In this document: positions 51,724 to 64,000 of the stretch, one piece after another
Numbering within the stretch: position 1 is the stretch's first letter
Layout of the letters: the number at the start of each line of letters is the position of its first letter
DNA from: Eledone cirrhosa
Taxonomy: Eukaryota
Assembly (NCBI GenBank): GCA_964016885.1
Contig: OZ024743.1
Span: 145,700,001-145,764,000, forward strand
Direction of reading: 5' to 3'
DNA length: 64,000 nucleotides
The notes under the pieces: model-generated
The model's input: only the letters and a program-made list of their open reading frames with translations
The model's database searches: none
Told to the model about the DNA's origin: nothing
Program-made: the position numbers and the translations under genes

Positions 51724-53711
51724 TTTCTGTTAGTCAGGGCAGGATTTATAACCAACCAACTTAGAACTCGATGTAGTTTTGATAAAGAAGTCTCTATGTG
51801 GTCACTCGAACTGCTGGAAATGACAGCTGAATCTACTTCATGAAATGCCCTACCCTTTGGAAGGGAAAGAATATACTGAATAATGTAGTCCTACACATAC
51901 ACTAGGGTCACGGCTGGAATGAATTTGATGGGTTTTCTCAATCAGGGCTCACCGGGGACTGCACAGTAATAACAATAATATCTAGAAGCAATAAGTATAT
52001 GGAACAATTATTAAAGAGCAACGGCGAAAGTTGTTGCAAAGTAACATCATCATTATCATCATCATCAACAACAACAAGATCAACGACAACAATAACAAGG
52101 AGAATGAGAAAGTGGAGGAGAAGCAACAACAATAACAAAGGAAAAGAAAGTTTGAAGTCAAGTTAGTTCACTAGCCATATCTGAATGCTAATTACAAAGT
52201 TGTTTTGAAACTTGCAGAGGAGTATGCTGATATTGGTACAACGCCAGTTTTCAATCATGAGAAAATACACCTCTACCTTCTGTAATTAAATTCAATCTAA
52301 GTTTACTAATTTAATTTAATGGCGTAACCTAATTTTGATTCCAAGTGATCGTCACTCGACTTCATTTATGTCACAAATGTTCTTGAGGAAAATATTAATG
52401 TCACGCAATATACTCTTCCCTTCCTTCGTAATTCTGAAGCCTGTATTCAAATAAAAAGTAATTATTTTCATTGCTTTTTTCCCATAACGTTTTCCAGTAG
52501 AGAGTCATTGGTGCAGGAGAACGAGTGAATAGTAATCTTATTCAATTTAAATTTCATTCTTACATAGAAATTTATCAGAATATTTCTTTATTGTGAAACG
52601 GACACTTCAACCAATGAAACTTAATCCATCTAACTCTTTTTGTTTTGAATTTTAATATATCTTCAGCTACATCTATTAATTATTTCTTGTTTGACTTGAT
52701 TACTTGCTTCTTGTAGGATAGAAAACTGTTACTACAAGTTTCTTTTACTGTGAGTATATCAACATCACTGTAGCTTATCCCTTTATCATATTTCTTTATA
52801 TTTGGATGCGTACATCTACACCACTGAAAAGAAACGTAATACTCAGGTACCATGTCACCATTGTACCACATATCTATCTATATCGGTACATTTTCCGTCA
52901 CTATTCTTTAATCATTTTTGCATAAGGGTATTAATATATGCACATATATAAAATATATATGAACTGTTCATACACCTAATATTTATAGAGATGGTATGGG
53001 CTCTGCTGCATGAATAATAAAGTAGCAAAACTAGATCGTAGAAGAACCATAGGAATATAAGAGAAATAAATAGGCACTGGGTACAAATATTGTGTATTAG
53101 ACATTGATTTATATAGAATGAAATGTTTCATTGTTTCCTGAAATACACATCAAGTACAACGTATGTTTCAGAAAAAAAACTAGTATTTTAGCGACAGTAC
53201 TTGAAAATTAATGAGTGTTTGACAGACGGTGATTACTTCAATTCTGCTCGAGAGAAAGATTTCTTTCAAAGACTAGTATCCTATTCAAAAATGGATCTGT
53301 CTGTCATTGTATTAACTTCGTAGAAACAGGCGATGCTTCACCGAGGAATGATACACCAAAATCAACAAGATTTGGCAAACGAGCCCATTATGTACGATAC
53401 ATCAATAAATAGCCCATAATATGCTTGCTGTCCTAATTCTGATATCATTGGACGCCAGATAATATCTTAGTCACTGATATAAAAATCAGAAAATTACTGA
53501 ACGCAACCAGAATCTGCTACATCAATAGTGTTATTGACAACATTTACCTAAAACGAAAACAACGTAACAGATAATTAACAGCAATCAAGACAACATTCAA
53601 ATGTCATAATTTCTTTACTATGTACCAATCGTTGAGTGGTACCATGGATCACGTCCCTGAAAATGAGATAAACAATATCATGTTTGTTAGAAAAAAGCTA
53701 TTTAGAAAATA

Positions 53712-54560
53712 TTGGGTTGGACAGAAATTTCCAGTCGTTTTTCAAAAGGAGGAGTTTTCTGGAAATGCTGAAGGCTGCGCATGCGCACATATATAAGAAG
53801 TGTCGTTCGTATGCACTATGTGCATTTCTCATTTTCTGTAATACCGTCAAAGAGCAAGTAATATGGATCTATCTGACTTCAGCGACCAGTAACTGTGTGA
53901 GCTGGTAGAAGCCAATCTACGCCATACATCACGTCAATTCTCCGGAGAGCTTGAGGCATCGAAAACAACCATTCTCAATCACTTGTATGCAATAGGAAAG
54001 GTGTCCAAACTAAACGAATGGGTACCCCACAATCTGACTGACCGTAATCATGAATGTCGGGCGGCAGCTGCGACTTCTCTGCTCTCCTACGGATTGCAGA
54101 ACCACTGGTGATGAGAAATGGTGTCTTTACATTAATGTCAAACGCAAGCGATCGAGCGTTGATAAAGAGAGTGCACCACAACGGCAAGCAAAGGCTGGTC
54201 TCCACCCTCGCAAGGCCCTACTGGGTGTCTGGTGGAATGGGAAAGTTGCCATCCCCTACACGCTGCACCGAACACCAGCATAACCTCTGACCTCTGTTGC
54301 CAACAACTTGGCAGATTAACGGCAAAAATCGCGTAGGTGCACTAACACCATGGTATTGTACCATGGTATTGTTCCTTCATGTTGACGCTCGGCTGCATAC
54401 ACCAAGGACGACTCGACAGAAGCTGCTGGAGCTAGGTTGTGAGGTTCTGCCTCACCAACCGTATTCGCCCAACCTCATGCCTACAGACTATCACTTTTTT
54501 CTCTCAATGAGCAATGCAATGCAGTCAAAGACCTTCGCCAATGATTGCGATTATTTTAAC
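53712..54560 (+). mobile_element. Decayed mariner transposon
   Basis: ta|ttgggttgg TIR-like start; WVPHNLT, TGDEKW, HPRK..LGVWWN, HVDARLH (HDNARPH-like), PYSPNLMPTDYHFF (YSPDLAP-like). Confidence 0.88.
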
Positions 54561-54705
54561 TTGTAAAATTTTCGTAATTTTACAAAACGCCAAAATCACT
54601 AAAATTCAATATTTCACAGCTGATAACCAACAATGTACAGTCAGAAAAACTGACTTGTTCTACCTCGAGAAAACATCAGAAAGTTTCATTGATGAAAATG
54701 TATAC

Positions 54706-54746
<41 letters not shown>

Positions 54747-54996
54747 ATATTAAAATTCTAGTAAAAAGTTGTTTCTATGTTTGATTAAGACTACAATGCC
54801 GCTTAGTCCTTGTGGTTGGAGATCAGTCCTCTCTCTGTTGAATGAAACCAATATCAAGGCGTAGGTAAATTAGTGTCGACATATCTAATACAAGTAACAT
54901 TTTAAAAAATCTTCTTGTTTCCATTTATAAATATCATAACAGTTCCATTGATGATAGACTGTCACTGAGAATTCATCGCACCCTAAAAAAACAGTC

Positions 54997-55795
54997 AGTG
55001 CTGAATATAATAATGGTTTCTACCTTTGGCACAAGGCCAGCAATTACCCAGTGCATTACTGGTACATACAGTGCTGAATATAATAATTGTTTCTACTTTA
55101 GGCACAAGGCTAGCAATTACCCAGTGTATTACTGGTACTTTATTTTATCGACCCTGTAAGGATGAAAAGCAAAGTTAACCTCGGTGGGATTTGAACTCAG
55201 ATCGTAAAGGGCCGTGAATATAATAATGGTTTCGGATTTAGGCACAAAACCAACAATTTGGGGGAAGAAAAAAATCGATTAAATCAAACCCAGTGTGTTA
55301 CTGATACTTTATTTTATCGACGCCGTAAATCCTTACGGCGTCGATAAAATAAAGTATCAAAGTTAACCTCGTAGAGATTTGAACTCAGAAAGTAAAAAGA
55401 CGTAACTCTATGCTGTAAGTGCCGAATATAATAATGGTTTCTGATTTAGGCACAAGGCCAACACTTTGGGGGAGGGAAAGTCGATTAAATCGATCCCAGT
55501 GCATTACCAGTACTTTATGTTATCGACTCCGCAAGGATGAGTGGCAAAGCTAACCACACAGGATTTTAAATCAGAACGTAAAGAGCCGGAACAAATACTA
55601 CTACGCATCTGTCCGACACTCTAACGACACCGCCAATCCACCGCCCTTAGTGCCGAATATAATAATAGACCAAGAATTATCCCATGCATTACTGGTGCTT
55701 TATTTTATCGACCCCGTAAGGATGAAAGGCAAAGTTAACCTCAGCGGGATTTGAACTCAGTCCGTAAAGGGGTGTAACTCTGTGCTGCAAAGCAT
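54997..55795 (-). mobile_element. Cluster of about five tRNA-derived SINE copies/fragments
   Basis: Repeated SINE bodies, each preceded by a gtgc(t/c)gaatataataat-like flank. Confidence 0.85.
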
Positions 55796-56197
55796 TGCAT
55801 GATTTGTTGGCAACAGTTGCATTGCATGATTTGTTGACAACAGTTGCAAAAAGAAATTAATGGTTTCTTTGCAATACTTCATGATAGCAATTAATAAAAT
55901 TCGAAAACTTCATAATAGCAATTAATAAAATAACTAGTATGATTCTCTTAAATGCAGCTTTCTTGCTTTCTGCCTAATCTTTTCGAAAGTCTTTGGAATT
56001 CAGCCAGCAAGTACCATCTGCTGACAGGAAGTATGTAAATATAGCTGTTACATGCTATCCTGTAGACTTCCTTTTTCACTGTATTTCCTGTCTGCGGGTA
56101 GATCCACAGTCAAGCTATGATTTTTTTATATTGGCTCAAAACCACAACTCATAAGGTAGAATATAAACCCTCAGTATTTAACTGCTATGTATTATTT

Positions 56198-57110
56198 TGG
56201 ATTGGCAGTATCGGTAGAGGGTCTGACGCCATGCTTTGCAGCATAGAATTACGTCCCTTTATGGCCTGAGTTCAAATCCCGCCGAGGTTAACTTTGCCTT
56301 TCATCCTTACGAGGTCGATAAAATAAAGTACCAGTAATACACTGGGATAATTGCTGGCCTTGTGCCAAAAGTAGAAACAATTATTTTGTCATGGCAAGAA
56401 GGATGAAAGACAAACTAAACTGTTTCATTCAACGATCCTACAAGACGGCGCCTTTTGTCCGAGAAATACATCCAGAAAAGGACAAATAATATACCTCTTG
56501 TCTTGCCCAATAATAATAAAATAATAATTGTTTCTACTTTAGGCACAAGGCCAGCAATTACCCAGTGCATTACTGGTACTTTATTTTATCGACCCCGTAA
56601 GGATGAAAGGCAAAGTCAACCTCGGCGGGATTTGAACTCAGATCGTAAAGGGACGTAACTATGCTGGAAAGCATGGCGTCCGACTCTCTACCGATACTGC
56701 CAATAATAAAATAATAATGGTTTTTGATTTAGGCACAAGGCCAGAAATTTGGAGGAACGGGAAAGTCGATTAAATCGACCCTAATGCATTACTGGTGCTT
56801 TATTCAATCGAACCTGTAAGGATGAAAGGCAAAGCTAACCTCTGCGGGATTTGATCTCAGAACATAAAGGGTGATAACTCTGCGCTGCAAAGCATGGTGT
56901 CTGACGCTCAACCGATACTGCCAATCCACTACCCTTATAATTATACTTTCTTTAATTATGATAATAATTATTTCTACTTTAGGCACAAGGCCAGAAATTT
57001 GGGGGGAGGGGTATATTCGATTAAATCGACATTAGTGCGTGACTGGTGCTTTATCTTATCGAACCTGGATGAAAGGAAAAGCTAACCTCGGCGGGAGTTG
57101 AACTTAGAAC
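56198..57110. mobile_element. Four tRNA-derived SINEs (one +, three -)
   Basis: ~56198-56385 (+); ~56525-56702, ~56715-56935 and ~56965-57110 (-). Confidence 0.85.
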
Positions 57111-57112
57111 TT

Positions 57113-60100
57113 CCATGCCTGTAGAGTTGGAAAGACCACTTACCAGCAAATTGTTGGGAAGGGAGCACTTCCCTCTCCACCCTGATTTTCCTTTTCAAAT
57201 GAAATTTGAAAAAGTTAACCAGGCATCACCGAAGAGGTAAGTGCTCGTCTTCAGCCCTTTCAAACGCGTCCACCACGCGCAAATGCTGCAGCGCAGTCAG
57301 GCGAGGCTTAGGACAAGGCTCGGCGGTCAGGCGGTAGTAGATGACGGACGCGACTTACGCGTTCGCCACCTCCGCTCGACCTTTCAAGGATAGCTTCCCC
57401 TCAGCCCATTTTGGGGAGAGAGGCCACCCTGCACATCAACTCGTGCCAGTTTTTTGCCCGTCTGGAGGTTCGGACCGAACAATTTAACCGGTCCGTCCGT
57501 CCAGAACCCGACGACGCTGTTGGACGGCCTGGACCTGCCTCTCCAGGTGCCGAGCCGCAGGCCTGCCGACTTTTCCTGATTAATCATTGCTCCTGTCACC
57601 GCCTCGTATTCTCTTAGTGTAGTGACGATCGCCTCGATATGTTTGGTACTCGACACCACTACGGTGACGTCGTCGGCATATACTGACACGGTTCTCCCGC
57701 ATCCCAATTCGCACGGGATATCCCTCAACGTCTCCAGTTTGTGCAGTAATGGCTCGAGATCAATACGTACAAAATGGACGAGAAGGGACATCCTTGGCAA
57801 CTGAGCGCATGATGTTGAACGGTTCCGAAAGGTGACCGTTCACTCTAACCACAGAACAGATGTCGCTGTGCATGGCAGCGATCCAGACTCTGAAGACGGT
57901 CCAAAGCCGCCCGCCCTCAGGCCCACCGCCAGATAACGATGGTCGACACTATCGAAATCTTTCGACTGATCTAAATTGATCGGAGCCAGGTTCGTTAGCT
58001 ACCTGTGCCAGGTTCGTTAGCTACACTCTCCACGATGTATCGCATGAGGTGGAGGTTGTCGTGGATGGATCTGTCTGGAATGGCACATGTCTGCACCTCT
58101 CCCACCAGACCACTGACGACTGGCGCCAACCTCTTTACTAGCACCTTGGCCAAAATCTTGAACTCTGCGTTTAGCAGAGTTATAGGCCAGAAATTTCCTA
58201 TGTTCTCCCTCATGTTCGGGTCCTTTCTCAGCAGCTTTACCGCTCCTCGGCTCACAGAGCTGTGAATTCTCCCGTTCTGCGGCCAATTGCAGTAGACGTC
58301 CGCCAAGAGGTCGCAGGACAAGTCTGGCATGTGTACGTAAAGCTCGTAGGGCAGACCATCCAAACCAGGCGTTTTACCCATCGTGCAGTCAGTCATTGCT
58401 ACCCGTACTTCAGCAGCTGTTATCGGCTTTTCGCAACACTCCGCCTCAATCGCCGAGAGCCGCTGTAGACCGTCGAGGTAGGCACTAAAGTCCATCCTGC
58501 GATCCGACCCACCGCTGCCCCCTAACAGCTGAGGGTAGTGCCGCTGAAAAGCTGCACACATTTGCCCGGGTTCAAGTTACATGTGCCCGTTGTGGTCCTC
58601 CAACTCGAGGCTTTGTTGCCACGACGCGCCTCCGCCACATGGGCTCATCGAACGATTCTCGTTCCCTCGTGTCTGAGAGCAACCGCACTCGCTCTGACAA
58701 CGCAGCGTTCGTGATTTGCGTTGAATAATTGGTTGAGGGCCAATCTCGCCGCAAGTACGTCGGTCGCGATGCCTTTACTAAGCGCCTCGTCTAATTTTCT
58801 AAATCGTTCTCCCTTTGCTCTATTTTTCTCTATTGCTAACGCCTTACTAAACCTAATCGTCTCTATTCTAATCACCTTTTTCAGGGCGAACCACCATTTG
58901 TTGTTGACGACTGCCCCCGTCAACGCCCACTTAACTAGTTCGCTATTCCGGTCTCTGTAGGCTTTGCGCGTTGTCAGCAACGCGTTTAGCTTCCATTTGC
59001 CGGGTCCCTGTCTATGAAGCCTATCTAAGTCGACTACACAGATCACGAATTTGTGGTCCGTGTAGTCGACTATCTTGAATTGCGACAACCTATGCTAGAA
59101 CTATCTACTTCCTTACAAAATACTCTATCTAGATACGATCTGGATGACCCGATGCGGTTTGTCCATGTCCACATTGGTACATTCGAGAAATCCAGTCGGT
59201 ATCTGTCAGACTGTTGGAAACTTCTGAGCAGGTTTGTGAGGCTTTTACACCCTCATTCCCTATCCGCTGATCCTACACAATCTCAGCGTGCATCCAAGAT
59301 CCCGTTCCAATCGCCCACTAACATTAAAGAGCAGGAAGTTCTCTAGTCGCCTGGAGAAATCAGACCGCCCTGCCCCTGTCGGAACATAAACAGCCACTAG
59401 CCTAAAAGCATAGCCTTCACTGCTGGTCACGTCCAGCACCACCAACTTACCTTCTGGGTCCAGGAAGATTGTCCGTATCACGAGATCCAGACCTCTCCGA
59501 AACACAGCGCCTCCACCTCCCGATCCCAGCCGGTTTGGAGATGCGCACACATCGTAACCGCCGAAGATGGGTGCGAAGGCATGTGCCTCTGAAATTCTGC
59601 TCTCGCTGATGGCCACTACATCTATGTTCATTGACCTGAGATCGTTGAGCAGGTGACCCTGCTTCCATGACAACCCCAGGCCGCGTGCATTTATGCTGCC
59701 TATTCTGAGTAAGCTCATGTTGAAAAGAAGTGGGAAAAGATGGGAAAGACTACTTACCTCAGTTCTTGTGGAGAAAGCATGGTTTTTCCGTCATTCTGAC
59801 TATTTGTGGTCCTCTCCGGAAGGATGTCTTTATATATCCTTTTGGAAAGTGTTTGCCGGAAATCTCTGATGTCCTTCGGGAATTTTTCTTTAGGGCTGTG
59901 TATGTTTTCTGTGAGATAAATGTGATTTGTATGTGTGGCTGGTATGAATTTTGCGGTTGTTGTGTTGTTTTCCTCTGTGATGCTGGTGTTGTGTTGGATG
60001 TAGTGTAATAATTGTTTATTGTCATGCTTAATGCCGTGAAGTGTTTCGTTTTGGTCGTTTTGTTGCGTTGTTGTGGTTGCACGTGTGGGTTTGTTTCTGT

Positions 60101-61200
60101 TTCGCTTTTTGTTGGTGTTTTTTGTGGTGGTGGTGGTGGTGGTGTTGGGAATGGTGAGGGTGTTGATGTTTGTGGAGATGGGGCTGGCGATGCTCATATG
60201 GGTGGTGGTAGTGGTGGTGGCGGCGTCGCTGTCTTAACTTTCTTGTTTTGTTTTTTTTTGTTTCGCCCCCTATTTTTTTTTTTTTTAGAATGAAGGAAGA
60301 AGATTCTTTCTTTACTGGTTTCTTTTTTTTTTTACAGATAGTTTTCCACCCCTCCGCCTCATCACAATCCGTCTCCAGTTGTGAGAGGTCGGGGAGTGGA
60401 CTATCTTCCATAGGCGTTGGTGTTGCTTGTGGGGCGGTAGATTATGATGGCGCTACTGCTTCTTTTGGCGTGGAGGGTGGTGCTGGTGAAGGTTTTGCTA
60501 CCGTTGCTGCTGCTGTTTTTGCTGGTTGAGTCAGTGGGGTAGGCAGGAGAGGTGGCCTGAAGGCAGCAGGGTTCCATCGCCACAAACGACACACCTTGGC
60601 CTCTACCTTCGATAATTCCGGTAAGGTGGCTGCCGTCATCGAGATCTATCACCCCCGGAATCTCATGGATGTTTTTTCTGATCCGCTTGGATCAGTAGCT
60701 CCATTCCAGATCCGGAACAGTTCTCTTATTTTATTTTTATGGCCTCGATGACTGTTGGGTCGTCCTCGCGGGCGGCAGCCATCAGCCAAGGAATTTCTAT
60801 GGCCGGCGGATCCTGGATTACCCTCACTCTCACGAGCCTTTGTCCGCAGTAACTTGAGACAAATGTGAGCTCGTCGCTCTTTAGTGAAGCCATGAAGTGC
60901 TTTCTGGCTTCCTGTGGGGTTGCAAAGAACACATCCACGGTCCTATACCTTCGTCCACATATGATGTCGATTTTTCACGTATGATGTGAAGGAAAGAACA
61001 TCATGATACTGGATGTTAGCAATTTGCAGCAAGATGTGTAGCCTGTAGTAGTATCATGTTATTAGTATGAAACGTACCTCCGACTCCGTCAATCTATTGT
61101 CGACGTGGTCTTTTAGATCTGTTGCTCAAGCTCTTGGTGTTAAAGGCCCGTTGAGCCGGCTGGCTAATTAGCATTCTCATTTGACCAAACCATTTTACGA
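57113..61200 (-). mobile_element. Older, divergent Tx1-clade LINE (ORF1 + ORF2 with deletions)
   Basis: ORF2 start MSLLRIGSINARG, VAISES, TDHK, GPGKWKLN, KTPGLDGLPYE, YADD; upstream low-complexity ORF1 remnants; 5' boundary approximate. Confidence 0.85.
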
Positions 61201-61468
61201 ATCGTTAGACAGTCAGCAACCGTCTACCTGATGTCTTTGTTTCTGATCCGATGGCAGTGGTGGTGGTGGTAGTGATAATATTGGTCACACAAACTTGTGC
61301 TGAATTTGATACATCATCTGAAAACCACCTCTTCAGTACAAAACCTGAAGCTTTGAAGTATTTCACAAGCCACGTAATCTATTCGAGATGACAACTACTG
61401 TGAGTGCTGCTACCACGCGCTCCATTGCAGTAATACTGAAACACGGAAGGGAGCGTTATCCTATTTTA

Positions 61469-62152
61469 TCTAAACTATAATAAAGGAAGGTCTGCGGGAC
61501 TGCGTATGGTTTATTTTTTTTATCCCGTTAGTAAAATAAGTTGGATTACTTTGAATAAATAATTGTTTTTACTTTCGGCACAAAGCCAGCAATTACCCAG
61601 TACATTACTGGTACTTTATTTTATCGACCTCGTAAGGATGAAAGGCAAAGTTAACCTTGGCGGGATTTGAACTCAGATCGTAAAGGGACATAACTATGCT
61701 GGAAAGCATGTCCAACCCTCTACCAATTCTGCCAATCCACAATGAATGAATATTATATAATTTATCTACTAAATTTCGTAAACAAAAATAATTTCGTAAA
61801 AATAAATAATTTAAAATTGACTTCTTTCCACCACTTCAACTACCATATATATAGAAAGAGAGAGTGTGTGATGTCAACACTTCCAGTGGCGATCACTTAA
61901 ATAAACATACTAATTTTCTGTCACTAATTTTCTCCTAATGCAGTTTATATATAATATCGTCTTTTTTTAATGGATTACGTTACTGATTACATAAGACAGT
62001 GTAACACAGTCTTCGTTCAATTTCTGTTTATGTTGTCAATTACGATTTTATTTGATGTATCATATCTACATGTATATATACTTGCGTATAATATCAATAT
62101 ACACACTACACATGCTAGCAGAAAACCACCCAAAGGGTGGTTTTTCTGCTAG
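61469..62152 (+). mobile_element. Non-autonomous Helitron with a SINE inserted at ~61560-61740
   Basis: a|TCtaaactataataaag ... ctagcagaaaa-ccaccc aaa gggtgg-tttttctgCTAG|t; homologous to 10544-11029. Confidence 0.78.
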
Positions 62153-64000
62153 TTTATATAATGGCTGACCTGGACTGAAGCATACCAACCAGACGTAAAA
62201 ACTTTCGAAACTTTCTCTCCGAATAGAAAAATAGGCAGAAAGAGGAAAGAGAGATATAGATAGAGGGAGAAAGTAGGAGAGAGATACAGAAAGAGGAAGA
62301 GAGATAAAAAGACAGAAATACAGATAGAAATACAGATAGAAGGGCAAAGAAATAGACAGTCAGAGAGAGGCAGATATGCAGACAGGGAGGGGGAAATCTT
62401 ATCTTCGATTATCAAAAACCATAATTTAAATGTTAATGATAATTATTTTTCATAATGAAAATTATTTTTTCAAACTTACCTTTAACTTTGACATTTTTAG
62501 AGATCGGAGTAGTGGAGAGTGGCCGAGAGTGAGAAAGAGAATGAGAATGAGATTGGATGAGGTGGGGTTGGGGGAAATAAATAATTTTTATCTTGGATAA
62601 AAAGATAAAAATTAATTTGAATGTTAAAAATATTTAAAACATCAAATCCTGTTGGAGATATAACGCTTTTAAAAGAACAGATACGACATTAACATTTTTG
62701 TTAAATATTGAACATGTAATCAGTTTTAATTTGAGACATTTTATTGAGAACGGTTTCAGCTGGGAATATCTAGGATGGAAAGAGAAATTGAGCTGGACTG
62801 AAATAACCGAAGGAAAATGGTTCAGGTGAAGGCACGTAGCTACGTGGTTAGAGTTGAATTCGCAATCGTGAGGTGGCGCGTTCAATTCTCGGGCCGGGTA
62901 ATGCGTTGTATCCTTGAGCAAGACACTTTATATCACGTTGCTCCTTCTGCCAGGGTTGCGACCGGTAGATAGTATCAGCAATGGAAAGACCAATGGAAAC
63001 ATTGTTTTCTTGATCCGATATGGCGAGGTTCACCCCTCTCGGCAAGTGAATGAGGTCTGGATCTTGTCGCTCGATCAGAGCGAGTGAAACTACCGATGAA
63101 GTAAAGATTTATTGGGGGTAATTCCGTTCCAGAACCAGATTTTTTTAATTATTTAAAATGCATGAAAACATTTTTAAAAACATTTATTGTGTATGTATGC
63201 GCCTTTTAGTATGTGTGTGTGAATGCGCGTGCGTGTGTGTGTAGGCGCATGCATGTGAGTGTGTGTATGTGTGGGACTCTGAATGGGCATGTGTGTGTGC
63301 GTAGTTGGAATTTTAGCTACATTTGCTCTCCTAAAATTAAATATAGTCACCGTCCGGTAAGAAAGACATATTTTAATGTGAACGATGTGGCACAGGGGTA
63401 CCATAAGACCTGGCGCCGATGTTTGCTATGAAGACAACTATAGCTGTCTCCTCGTAAGAAAAAAAATGTTTTTTTTCTTTGGCGAATTACCCACCTTTAC
63501 GTGTGTAAAGTCGCCGGACCTATGATAACAAATGAACCATGTGTTTTTCATTACAGTCAAACATTGCTGTCTAATAAACGAACAGCAGAAGGCCTCAAAC
63601 AAACATATGTGTGCGTGTGTGTGTCTGTGTGTGCGCGCTCGCCTACCTACATATAAATGATGTCGTAATAAGGACCAGAAGTCTCTCACTACTGTATACA
63701 TACATGATGATGGCTGCAACTCGATTTTGAGTAATGCCATCGCTTGATACTTAAGCATGATCATCACGAACATGGCTTCCTAGTCCTGCTGGAGACTAGC
63801 TCATGGGCAGCAATACCATGCATCGCAAAAAAATGTCACATATCAAGCGATGCCTGCGAATGTATTTGCCCAAAAAGAAAAACTGGGCTACACCATTGGA
63901 TGTAAACGAAGTTGCAGGTTTTATATCAGAGTGACCTTCTCCTAGAGAAATGTCTTAATGAAAACTAGAAGTCTCTCGTTCCACAAAAAAAAATACTTTA

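Noticed and set aside
52680-52871. ORF MWYNGDMVPE...CRC as a host exon
   Set aside because: Short, no clear splice context; could be a DNA-transposon relic but unsupported.
54997-57110. Regularly recurring motifs as a CRISPR-like array
   Set aside because: The units are SINE copies with homologous, not unique, intervening sequence; eukaryotic context and no cas genes.
57113-61200. Older Tx1 copy as further support for GATA targeting
   Set aside because: Its 3' end is lost at a SINE and no GATA tract is visible at the 5' side, so it is uninformative.

Overview
AT-rich, repeat-saturated animal genomic DNA. The SINE families resemble those I recall from octopus/cephalopods, but this is an inference and was not checked. 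I can support no host protein-coding gene. The window is a mosaic of mobile elements: Tx1/L1-clade LINEs (a head-to-tail trio at 13.9-22.6 kb whose junctions are all (GATA)n tracts, plus copies at 45-47.5 kb and 57-61 kb); RTE and CRE-like (restriction-like endonuclease) LINE remnants; a decayed autonomous Helitron inside a five-unit head-to-tail array (30.7-39.7 kb); small non-autonomous Helitrons; a decayed mariner; hAT-like fragments/MITEs; roughly 20 tRNA-derived SINEs; and many microsatellites. The least obvious signal is a set of type I hammerhead ribozyme motifs at 11.5, 25.4 (degenerate), 26.0-26.2 (three cores), 50.6 and 51.1 kb. They lie in short non-coding elements with partial-tandem or inverted duplications, mostly embedded in (TA)n tracts, which suggests a retrozyme/Penelope-type self-cleaving RNA element system. 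All folds and coordinates were worked out by eye; element ends are approximate unless a motif is quoted.
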